Of a DNA stretch of 64,000 nucleotides, positions 27,101 through 38,480 are shown one piece after another (the stretch's first letter is position 1; every line of letters starts with the position of its first letter). This DNA is from Cycas panzhihuaensis (lineage: Eukaryota > Plantae > Cycadophyta), in assembly GCA_023213395.1 (NCBI GenBank), contig CM041465.1:188425741-188489740 (forward strand), in the 5' to 3' direction. The translations under genes and the position numbers were made by a program. The notes under the pieces were generated by a model. That model ran no database searches. It saw nothing but the letters and a program-made list of their open reading frames with translations, and was not told where the DNA came from.

Positions 27101-27899
27101 GAAGAAACTAAATATATTGATGATATATTATTTGTGGGATAAATGTTAGAGCAGGATCTCAATGTTGTATTTAATAATGTTATGTTAGATAATGAAAAGT
27201 GTACCTTTCACCTAAATGACTCTAACAAAGAAGATGTTCATCCAACGAATATGCTTGATCTTGAAAGGACATACAAATGCTTTAATTTTTCCCTATTAAG
27301 TCAAGTTTTGGAACCACATGGGTCTCACACTCTTGAAGAGGCCTACCTTACAAAGGCATTAATAAGGGATGGGGACATGGAATTAGTATACTACAAAGTA
27401 AAAGAACAAGTAGCATATCTCTTTCCTAAAGTCTTTCTAAGGTTTAAGTTCCATAAATTCAAAGAGGAAGATTGACATTACACATAATGAATATTATGGG
27501 GGAGAATGTCGAATATAATATTCATTACTATATTGAGAGTATGTGGGCCATCCTATCGCTGATATATGGTAAGGTAAGTTTTATTTTGTTAATGTTTTAT
27601 TATTATTTTAGTTTCAAATTAGGTTGGTTGAGGCAGGCTCCTGCCTACCTCCTAAACTATAAAAATCAAAGGTAAAGTACCCTGGTGTTTATCAACACCA
27701 CCATTAATGTAAATTTATTGGCTATTTTCAAAATGGATTGAATAATTTTTCTACTCTGCTCTATCCCCTATGTCTCAACCAACCTAATTTGAAATTAAAA
27801 TAATAATAAAACATGAATAAAATAGAACTTACCTTGTTGTATATTAGCTATAGGGTGGATTGCATACTCCTAATGCAGTAATGAACATTATACCTGACA
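24166..27899 (+). mobile_element. Non-autonomous Copia-derived LTR element (two 271-bp LTRs, PBS, PPT) with an extra inverted LTR 5' fragment at its right end
   Basis: LTRs 24166-24436 and 27507-27777; PBS TGGTATCAAAGC 24441-24452; PPT ATTATGGGGGAGAA 27493-27506; 27778-27899 is the reverse complement of LTR nt 1-~122; TSD ATAAA/AAAAA. Confidence 0.9.
26780..27475 (+). pseudogene. Deleted in-frame Gag-N / pol-fragment / RNase H-tail fusion ORF
   Basis: ORFs 26771-27058 and 27143-27475 are the same frame: IPIFNGTNFKLW (Gag-N), ILFVG*MLEQDLNVVF, NFSLLSQVLEP..EEA, LIRDGDMELVY..EQVAYLFPK. Confidence 0.8.
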
Positions 27900-30445
27900 A
27901 AAAATGGATCAGAAAGATACAAGGCTATGACTTTGAAATCCCCTATTAAAAGGAACATGACAATATGGTAGCATATTTACTATCTTAAAAATATAAAGAA
28001 CCTAGTTATTTAGCAATCATTATCTAACACCCCAACTAATTAGATAAGTTACACTAAGAATACATTATAAATTTATCTACATAAGCCAAAATAAATTGAA
28101 TTAATAAAATAATAGTTCTAGAATGGGCTATACTAAGAAAACCCTACTTTATAAGAGAAGAATTTACTTGCCACAATATTCAAATCTTAAAGAAATTATA
28201 CTTAGGGAACACCATCAAGCCTCACTTACTAGTCACATAAGATTAATCAAAATATATGAGGTTAAAAGCATCATTCTATTGGGAAGGGATAAAGACTTCA
28301 ATAATAAATTCATTCCTAAATACAATACTTATTAGGGATAAAAGACAAACAATGTCAAGAACCTTAAACTTCTATAACCTCTTAATAGAGTAGACCAAAA
28401 ATAGGAAGAAATATCAAAGAACTTTATCATAGGCCTCCCTAAGTTAGAAGGAAAGGATGCTATATTTATAGTAGTAAATTATTTAATAAAATATATCCAT
28501 TTCATTCCCATATTCTCTTAATTTAAAGCACCCTTAATTATAGAAGTATTTATAAAAAATATTCATTGATTACATAGATTTCCTAAGAAAATAATTGACG
28601 ACCATAACCTAAAATTCATAAGCTACTTCTAAAAGGAAAATTTTAAACTGATAGGCATCAAACTCACCATAAGCACACCTTACCATCCCTAAATTGATGG
28701 GTAATTTGAGGTAGTAAGTAAATATCTAGAAACTTATTTAAGATGCTACATGGGTGACAACTAATCTAAATGGGTTAGCTCAATCCACCTAATAGAATAT
28801 TGATATAACATAAATTACCCCTCCACCATCAAGATATTACCCTTTGTGATATTTTATAGATATCAATGACTAACACTTATTGACTATGTTTAGAGCACAA
28901 TAAAAAACCTAACAGTTGAGAAATTGATCTTATAATCTAATAGAATTTTTAAAGAACTCAAGTATAACTATGATACCACCATTAATAGGATGAAACCATA
29001 TGGTCTTTTGAAGTGAATAGGTCAATAATTTAAAATTACGGAGTGGGCCTATGTATAACTCTAACCATACAAGAAAGCATCTCTCAAGTGAGTAAGTAAG
29101 TACAAATTGGCATCCCACTTCTATGGTCCTTACTAGATATAACAAAAAGTAGGATAAATTGCATTTGCACTTAATCTTCCTTAGGGTAGAAAAATTCCTA
29201 ATGTCTTCCATGTCTCTAGTCTTAAGAAAAAAGTAGGATTTCATGCAAGCCCAATAATAGGATTACCAATAATTAATGAAGAAGGCAAATTGGTAGTCAA
29301 AGTAGAAGGGATCTTAGACATATGTTAGAAGAAGCTTCATTCTATAGAAGTCATTGAATATCTCATCAAATTGAATAATCTCTTAGAGCATAAAATAATA
29401 TGAGAAATAAAGCAGTTTGTCTAACTACATTCCTCTCTACCAATGCCTTGTGCATAGAGCATCCTTTGAGAGGGAAGACTTGTTATGGATGCTGTCTTAG
29501 AAACTAATTGATACTAAATTCATATAGTTTGGTTGGCCTACTTAAATAATAGAATTCATAATATTTCTATATCCCATTTGGCCAACTTGAATAGGTTACT
29601 TTAGGGTGCAAATGACACTAACTTTAGTTAATCTCACTCAACCCTAGAGGCTACCCACTATAGATAGGGGTTTAGGCTAAGGCATTTTTAATATTACTTG
29701 TCTTGGATTCTTAGTGAAGCTCACCCTTTTTAGGGAGTAGGCTTATCTTATCTTGGCTTCTAATTTTGGCTTTTATGATTATTCTTTTTTATATTACTTT
29801 ATGTAAAGATCGATAATAATTAATTCAATTATATAGCCCAATTTTAGTACTTTTTTTAATAATTTCCTTTTAAAAATCCTTTTTCTTAATTTGAAGAACT
29901 CTTTCTTTCATAAGTGGAATTATATTATATTAAGATTTCCATAAAGTAGGGATAATTTATAGATAACTCTAGGACTAGGGTCACTACAAAATACTTAGGA
30001 AGGAAGGATCATATACAGTTTTATGGGACTAAATTTTTACATGGACCCATCATGTGACCAATTTTTATATTGGAGATTTTCCTAGGTTAATTTTCATCAT
30101 ACTCTTTTATGTTATTTTTTATTCTTATTTTGTTTTGCTCTCTTTTATTTATTAATGTATATTTACCATTGCATGTCACTTAATTCTTAGGTCTATCCTT
30201 TATTTAGATGTTGTACATGTATATGAATGGTGTTGATGGTGTAAACAAAAATATAATTTCTTAATGGGAAGAGATGGGGTTTTGAATCCCCCTCAAAATT
30301 TATGTTCCTTGTGCATAACTTAATATATACGTAAATTTTTTAAGGGTTAGGTAATGTGTAAGGATATTATATTTATTTGCATACATATTTATTTACGTGT
30401 GGTATTTTTAGACTAGATATAAACAAACTAAGAAATTCATCTTAA

Positions 30446-30470
30446 GCTTTGACACCAAATGCAATGACCT
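30446..30470 (-). other. PBS/LTR junction of a further minus-strand LTR element
   Basis: GCTTTGACACCAAA|TGCAATGACC: minus strand reads LTR end ..CATTGCA followed by TTTGGTGTCAAAGC (Met-i-like PBS). Confidence 0.5.
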
Positions 30471-32271
30471 AAATTTCTAATAAGACCAAAAGAGAAGTTT
30501 TACACATATTTATATTATCCCAAAATGAATTACAAAAATAAAATATACATTTATAAAAGAATGTACTAAGTACTTAGAAATTTTGATAAAGACTAATATT
30601 TTTTCCCCTATTTATTCATTTAATATTAAATAGGTTTAGAAGTACATATCTCATTTACTTGTTATTAAATATAATAGGATAGATAAGGAGGGAGATTTAT
30701 CTAAATATTTACTAAAGGATTTCTTAATAGATGCCTAAATTAGGCTCTTCATGGACACCATTCAACAACATGCTAACCATGCCTTGTGTTTCAACTAGTA
30801 GGCTTTGTTGTTTCATTTTATCCTATGGTAAGCTTCACATATATGTCCTTAGTTATGCTTTTATACTAATCTATGGCCAATAGAAATCTTCCCCTAAAAG
30901 TTCTTTCTATTATCTAAGATCTCTTTATTGTTAGGATTCCTTGTATGAGTCTTCCTAATTCACTCCTTTACATTATCTATTTAAGTACATATTCATAGTA
31001 AAATATCAAGGGGTTGAGGCACAACTTCCCCAATTAATAATACCTTTTCATTTGATAAATAACATTTTAATACATATCACATGGAATTAATTCTCCCTTT
31101 TATGATTATAATGGGTTTCCCCCTCTTTTTACACCATGGGGATTGTGGTAAGTGATATGATAAACCCCAAAAGCCTATCCTAAAAACACATTCTAAGGGA
31201 CTTAGGTCTATGTAATATTTCCTACAATGATTAAAGATTATTTAGAGGTAATTAGCATATTCAACTTACATAGGTTCAACAATATAAGGGTATAGATCGT
31301 GAGGAAGTCCATGATGGGTATCATATAAAACTTTCAAAAACTAGATATTGCATGGATATTGAGGTGGCAAAGTGCTATGTACTTGGAAGTGAGGTATATT
31401 TGCATCCTTGTTGAGATTCACCGTATAAGATTTGGGCTTTTAGAGGATTGTGAAAAGGGTATACCCATTGAAACCTATGTAATCATAAATAAATAAGAAG
31501 ATGAAGGTTGTATAATAATAGAATTGGTAGGAGAAGTTTTTTGAATATTATATACTATCTATACTAACATTACATATGGGATTTTTATTAGACTTAAGTT
31601 TCTATTACAACATCTTTTATTCTTGGCTAGCCCACTTTAAGGTTGATTCTAGGTTTGAGAACCATCACTAGAACAAATTGAAAGATAAGGGAGAAATCTA
31701 TTGATATAGTATCTTGGTACTCAAGGTAAAGCTGATGAAGTCTTAACCCTTTGATTCAAATTCACTTAAATGTCTTACTTCTAAACTAGAAATTTATATA
31801 CATAAGACAAGTTATCTAAACATACAAAAGGAGGGTTCTTTCCTCTTTAAGGGATTATATATGATATCTTATTTTATTTAAAGATAATAATCTTCTACTA
31901 ATCATAAATAATAGTAAAATAAAATGATAAAATAGCCTTTATGGAGTCCAAAAGATTAATAACTAGTTAATATTTATAAAGAAATATATAATAAGTAAGT
32001 TACCTTAACAACCAGTTAGAATGTCAAAATAGTGCCATGCTTTCTTCCTTATTGGTGCCAAAAGAACAAATGTGTATATGGATATGATATGGGAATACTG
32101 ATTAATTATCCTAATTCTAGTATAGGAGAATGAAGTCTTCTCTAAAAGTATAATTCCTTTACAATGGAAAATTATTCCTTCATATGTTAATATGAATAAC
32201 CTGCCATAAACCTCTAAAGATCTAAAATGGTGGAATAAATGATCACTGCAGAAAATAAAATATCTTATAAT

Positions 32272-32761
32272 TGTTAGAATTATAATTGCACTATAATACC
32301 ATATTAGAAATATTGAGTATAACATAACAAAATTATAATATATAGATATAATAATTAAATAATATCATGAGTTATATATACATAATGAATAAACATGAAT
32401 ATAAAGTATTAAATTGATAAATCATGTATCATAAGTATCAAGAGCATTTACCATAAGAGAGAAAATAGATTTATATATGAAAAACCTAGTGGAAAAAAAC
32501 TACGAGAGAAGGTGGAATTGGAACTCCTTTTAAAATTAGAATGAATATATATTCTTTCTATCAAGTTCTCAAGTAATGTGTATACATATTTATATTAATA
32601 TTCATTTTATGAATAACCTATCATGTTTCTTGAACTTTTGTATCATCTAATAATGTCTTAACATGGATATGTGTACATCTTACATATCTCAATTTATGTG
32701 AATTGTGAGATTGTGTATGTATCACATCATTACATTAAATATTAAAGCACATATTCTAACA
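32272..32761 (-). mobile_element. Solo LTR (490 bp)
   Basis: 8-bp terminal inverted repeat TGTTAGAA/TTCTAACA; TSD ATAAT/ATAGT; homologous to 6954-8240. Confidence 0.85.
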
Positions 32762-32858
32762 ATAGTTTGTTAATGACCATTCTCCATAGTGGTCTTCAAA
32801 AGATTATAAACAATATATAAGGTGACATCAAACTATCAAATAGTAATAAAATGGTCAC

Positions 32859-32859
32859 T

Positions 32860-32886
<27 letters not shown>
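32859..32886. repeat. (CA)n microsatellite
   Basis: Direct reading. Confidence 0.95.
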
Positions 32887-32890
<4 letters not shown>

Positions 32891-33689
32891 ATATCCATGT
32901 TTGACCTAGGCATTGCATAGATAGATATGCAAAGAATCTCTACAATTTAGTTGTATCTTGGTGAAGTGGACTTAGAATGGGAAATTAATGGTATTTTAGG
33001 GAATTTGCACATGACTTTTTGTAGTGGCAATTGCAACACATAAATGATACTAAAATCTTATCAACTTGAATGTTTGGCAACTTGAGACCATGACTTGCAC
33101 CATTAAGGATGCATGATGTTGATATGAGCCATACTAATTGGCAATAGTTCTCATGCCTCTTAAAGAGTAGATAATTAAGATCTTTTAGAAGTTTATTGAA
33201 AGAGGCATGTACTAGCAACAAAGCTAACATAGAGGAAAACGATGAATAAATAAATATAGAGAGTACACCCTTATGAGTGACATGAGTTAAGTATTAGAGG
33301 ACATTTTAGGATTTAAGGCAAACAAGAAAGAGAAAAAATATAATGGCTTTATGGCATCAAGTTCAAAGAAGTAATGATTTCTTTTGCTTAACAATTTTTG
33401 CATTTGAGTGGATGCAACCTGCGGTTTATATTAAGCTTAATTTATTTACGTTTATTAACATTAACATTTCAAGGAACCATGAATATTATGTTTTTGTAAC
33501 TATGAGCATATTGTGGCCTAACATTTTGAGTTCTATAGATAAAAAAATTCTTTCTATATAAATCAAATAAAATAGATGAAAAAGATAAAAGGAAAAAAGT
33601 AGCTAACATTTATTGAACGTAACCCAAATGAATACATAAATCTACCTTCTAAACTAATACACTAATAATACAACAATATCTTATATTAT

Positions 33690-34149
33690 ATTATTAAATC
33701 AGAACTTCACATCAAAACTCTCAGCTTATAAAGCATGTTTGTTAGGAATGCAACTGTTCGAAATTATGGACTGCGATTGCTTTGGATAAAGCAGACATAA
33801 TACGTGTCCTGAAAGCTGAACATCACAGTGAGATACACTTCTACGGATTCCAACAAGCTCAGCAGGAGCTCCAGTACTCAACAAATCAAATTTATTCTCA
33901 AATATCTATTCTGCCACCGAAAATTACATACCAGCATCATGATAGTTATCGCCACTTTCTGTGGAAAGCATCTGAACATTACCGATTAATTAAATAATTT
34001 ATATCTCATCAGTCTTCACATTCTCAATGACAACCAGCTGTAGAACACTCTCATCACCGTTCAGGTTGTATCCTGCTCATATAATCCTTCCTTAACGTCA
34101 CTTTGGTATCTAAAGTGCGTCATCGTACTGCATCGCCATCGTATGTTTC
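33690..34149 (-). other. Putative 3' UTR of the minus-strand host gene
   Basis: Non-TE-like, CG/CAG/CTG-retaining, U-rich on minus strand, grading into an AT-rich tract near 33690. Confidence 0.45.
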
Positions 34150-34406
34150 TCAAACGTAACTGAGGATTGGAAGGACGGGAACCACGCAGGTGGACACGTC
34201 ATTGGCGATAGTGTACCCTTGGTATTTATTTGAAGCTTCAATCCTTTGATGACGTGGACGAGATAATCTTCCCGCTTGTTTGTTGCACCTCAGGATTGGA
34301 ATATTCCGTGATCCAATGGTCCGCTGCATTGCCGTCCGTATGTAAGTTGTGCCATGCTCCACAAGCGGTTGAGAGAGTGGTAGAGGGAAACGATGTCTCA
34401 CGCTAC
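34150..34406 (-). CDS. Probable terminal coding exon of an unidentified host gene (phase 1: (G)SVRHRFPLPLSQPLVEHG...CVVPVLPILSYV*)
   Basis: Minus-strand acceptor GTTTCAG| with AG at 34408-34407, branch-point-like CTAAC ~37 nt upstream, 85-codon open frame to TGA 34150-34152, 22 CpGs in 34081-34500, followed by ~450 bp 3'UTR-like sequence. Reading frame not proven; protein not recognised. Confidence 0.55.
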
Positions 34407-35299
34407 CTGAAACTTCAAAGACTCTTGGTGAGCATTGTAATTGTTAGATTGGTCAGTTTGTGAAATAGAAGCGTATAGTCACATTCCTCAAAGGACTTCG
34501 CTTCCATGTTGATCCTAAGATATGATAGGAACCATTATTTTTCTTATCTACAAGTTTTACTTGCGACAGAGAGCTACTTCTAAAAAATTCACAAGATTTT
34601 TCTATTTTAAAAACACCTCCCAACCATTGCCATTTTTCACATGCACATGATTTAACAAATTGTATCTTTGTTTCTATTCATGGAAAGTATTGAATTTTTA
34701 AATTGGAAAGAAACAAAAAAGGAAAAAAAATTACCAAACTTTCGATTTCCTCTAGGTGGCATTTAAGTTGAGCCTATAGTCTCCATGACCTGCTCTATAC
34801 GTGATAAAAGCATGGGGAAGGCTAATAGATTGCTTTCAATTCCATGATCTTAAAAGTACTCACTTTCATATCACATCATTCCATCAAGCAACAATCAGGT
34901 GTGCCTATAATTGTAAAGGAAGACTTCCTTAGATCCTTTAATTGTACTAAACACCAAAGATTAAAAGCCTCTATGAATCATTGATGCTTTTTCATCGGAT
35001 GGTAACAAAGTTTCCATTGTAAAACTTATTTCAAGTTGTTGGTTCAATTGTTGGTAATATATAAGGTGGACCATGATGGCAAGTTGTTATTAAATATAAT
35101 GAAATCACTTGATTGTGCATTGAGAAACATATATTTTTGGTGGTGTTAGGAGCTATGTGGTGTCTTTTCAATAAGGAGAAACTCTATTTTTTATTTAGTA
35201 GTTAGAAATAGAAATTTTATAGATTCCACAATCACATCAATTCTTGTTATTACAAAACAACAAAACTAGTGTATTCAAGTCCTAGAGTCTATTAAAACT

Positions 35300-38200
35300 A
35301 TATGCTTAAAGCCCCCACATGTTGGTCAATAATTCAAAACCCTAGAGGGTGAGCAAAGGGGTGCACATGCATATTATCATAATAATAACAATGTGCTCAA
35401 CTATATAAAACTTTACTCAAAACATGTTACTACTTCAACACAAGAATAGTAACTATGAACATTATAAATGAAATAATGATTGAGAAGCCTTATGCTTATT
35501 TTCTCTTCAATATAATACTAATAATGTGTATGAATCTTATGAGAGTTCTAATTTAATTAAACAACACTTTTAATATAGTAGAATATTGCTCTTATGCTAC
35601 CTTTATATAAAAGGAGAACATAGAGTAATGCATTTTTAGGAGAGAACATATTAAAGGAACAAAAATCTAAGAAGACGTGCTATAAACATTTGGAACATGA
35701 AACAAATAGCAACTTATTAAGAGAAGTAAAGGAAAATGAAGAATTGTTAAAGTAAAATGGTATTCTGATAGCCTTATATTTGTGATTTTTTTGCAAAAAA
35801 AACTAAAACACATGTGGTGGGTAGCACCTAAAGAAGTTAAATGGCTAACATGATCATATGATAATAAGTTCTTTTTCTAAATAGGGATAGAACTACTCAG
35901 GGGCAAACTTGACTAAAATCAAGAAGAATATTAGCATATGGATGAGAGCGGGTCGCCTACCATAAACCAAAATATGAGGAATGGAGGACCTACTCCATTA
36001 GACAAAAAATATTACTTCAAAAATATTCATTATGGGTGCAAAGTTAGAGGGCATACAACTTTGATAGGTGCCTTCTAACCATAACAACGAGAACACATAA
36101 CACTGACCATGTGCTTTGTGGAGCAACATCTCTAAGTAAAGCCACTTTATAGTTATAAATATGTATGAACTTGAATTGGGTTATACAATCCACTCAAACG
36201 TGAAGTACATATCCAACTTGAAATCACAACTAGAGTTTGAGTTTTGTAACTAGCATTTTGAAGTTATATATATATACACGAATATGAATCTATGCATGTA
36301 TACATACACATATAAACATATGAATATGTATATAGGTATAAGTATGTATGTATATGCATATATATACATTGAGCTCAACATTTATGCCATTTCAATTCAT
36401 AAATACCCAACTACCTTTCAGGTTATCAATAACAAAACATTTCAATTGGTTTTAATTCTTTGACAATAATGTAATATATAACAAGGATTGGAAGAAACAT
36501 TTATAGCATGTTGATCAAGTATTACAAATCCTAAAAGACATTGAATTTTATGCCAAAAGGTCCAAATGTAGTTTTGGTAAGGAGGAGGGTGGAATACCGC
36601 GACCATATTATATTAGTTGAAGTGGTCAAGGCAGACTCAAAAATAATCAAGGCCATAGTGGAGTGACCTATACCTACATTTATGTTAAAATTTAGAGGAT
36701 TCCTCAATCTTATAAGATACTATTACATGTTTATTAGGGGTTTTGTTCATCTTACAATGCCACTAACTAGCCTATTAAGAAGACTCCTTCAAATTGAATA
36801 AGAAGGCACAATAATATTTTGAAAAATTAAAAGAATATATAACAACTACTCTAGTTCTTAAAACACCTAATTTCTCTAAACCCTTTACCATGGAATTCAG
36901 TGCATCTAGAATTACTATCAAAGTTGTACTCAAACAAGAGGGGCATCCCATTACCGTTGGAAGTCATAAATTGAATGCACATGAGTAGTTGACACCTACT
37001 TATAATAGGGAGATACTAGACATGGTCTAAGCACTTATCGAATGGAGGCAATATCTTTTAAGAAGTAAATTTTTAGTTCATACAAGTCACAATAGCCTTA
37101 AGTAATTCCCTCATTAAAAGTCCCTAAAATAGAAACAATAAAAGTAGGCTAGCAAGATTCAAGCATCTTATTTTGAAATACTATTTAAAAAGGGAGAGGA
37201 AAATACAATTGTAGATGCCCTATCTAGATGAGATGAAGAAACAACCTTGTACAACTTGGTGGTTATTAATAAATTAACTAATCATGCCTACATTATAAAA
37301 GTCTAATTGAGTTTTAAGGTAAACCAAATTATTGATATCTTTATGATGGGAATTTTCTACATCCATGAAATTCTGAAAGCGATTATAAGTGATTATGACA
37401 TGAAGTTTACAAGTAGTTTTTTGAGGGAATTATTTCATAAAGTAGGTACCACATTCACAATGAGTACGACATGTCATCTTTAGCCATATGGTCAAACAAA
37501 GATAATAAATAAATGTTTAGAAGTCTACTTATGTAGCTTCTTTATAGATAAATTGAGCCAATGGCACTAATGGTTACACCTCATAAAATGGTGGTACAAT
37601 AATACTTATTATACATCCACTCAAAGAAATGCTTTTATAGACCTTTATGGTTACGAGCCATTGCCTTTTTAGGGCTACAAATTTCCTTTTGCAAAGGTTC
37701 CCATAGTACAAGATTATTTAGTCTAATCACATAATATCATACGACTCCCCAAGAATCAATTAGAACTTATCCACCTCTAAATGAAACAATAAGTCAACCA
37801 ACACCATACAAAAGGAGAATTTGAAGTGGAAGATTAATGCTATGTAAAATTACAACCATATAAGTAAGCATCTCTTAAGGGATTTGCCAAAGGAAAGTTA
37901 TCCCCAAAATTTTATGAACCTTATCAAATATGAAGTAAGGTTGGAGGAATTGTGTACATATTAGATCTATCGAAGTAAGGGAAAATATGTGACATATTTT
38001 ATATTCTTATCTTAAATGAAAAATTGGAGAAAATATTTCTACTTAAAATAGATCTACCAATATTAGATAAAGAAGGAAAAATTAGGTTAGTACCAAAAGT
38101 AATATTAGACATATTTATGTAACCTTAGGTTAAGACAACTTACCAAATATTTGATCAAGCAAAAAAATTTCTTTTGGAAGATGATTCATGGGAAATTGAA

Positions 38201-38480
38201 GAATTTTAATAATAATATCTTCATTTATGAATGCTTTGAGGGCAAAGCAATTTTAAGAGAGGGGGTATTATTATGACCCTAATCAATATTAATTACTATT
38301 TATTAAAAAGGAATGAGCAAAAGGTTATACCCATTGGTGAAAGAATATTATCACATAAATAAATTATCATAATTCTTATAATATAGATATTAGAGTATAA
38401 TTAAATCATTTTTTGGTCTTTCAGACCTAAATGCTATGGTACCTTCTTAAATAGTAGCCTTCTTGAATAAGCTAAATATC
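35300..38480 (+). mobile_element. Chromodomain-type Ty3/Gypsy relic (gag remnant, RT end, RNase H, IN, chromo, PPT, LTR start)
   Basis: FFDN (~36458), KHL*HVDQVLQIL..YAKRSKCSFG, EGHPITVGSHKL, GQTKIINKCLEVYL, KWWYNNTY, EDDSWE; PPT AAGAGAGGGGG 38255-38265; LTR TATTATGACC from 38269. Left boundary approximate. Confidence 0.8.

Larger units (their letters stand above)
23980..29988 (+). mobile_element. Chromodomain-type Ty3/Gypsy relic (RNase H, integrase, chromodomain, PPT, 3' LTR), split by insertion 24166-27899
   Basis: YKEMLLILYALAKWMQYLLG (~24020-24085) resumes as KWIRKIQGYDFEI (27902); integrase DAIFIVVNYLIKY, STPYHP*IDG*FEVV, FYGPY; chromo EYLIK; PPT GAGAGGGAAGA ~29468-29478; LTR TGTTATG 29481 to ..CACTACA 29988. 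Confidence 0.85.

Noticed and set aside
32900-33230. Possible DNA-transposase (hAT-like) fragment or Cys/His-rich ORF
   Set aside because: Motif similarity too weak to support by eye; no TIRs or TSD.
34230-34463. Plus-strand 77-aa ORF in the CpG island
   Set aside because: Non-ATG start; splice and UTR signals favour the minus strand.
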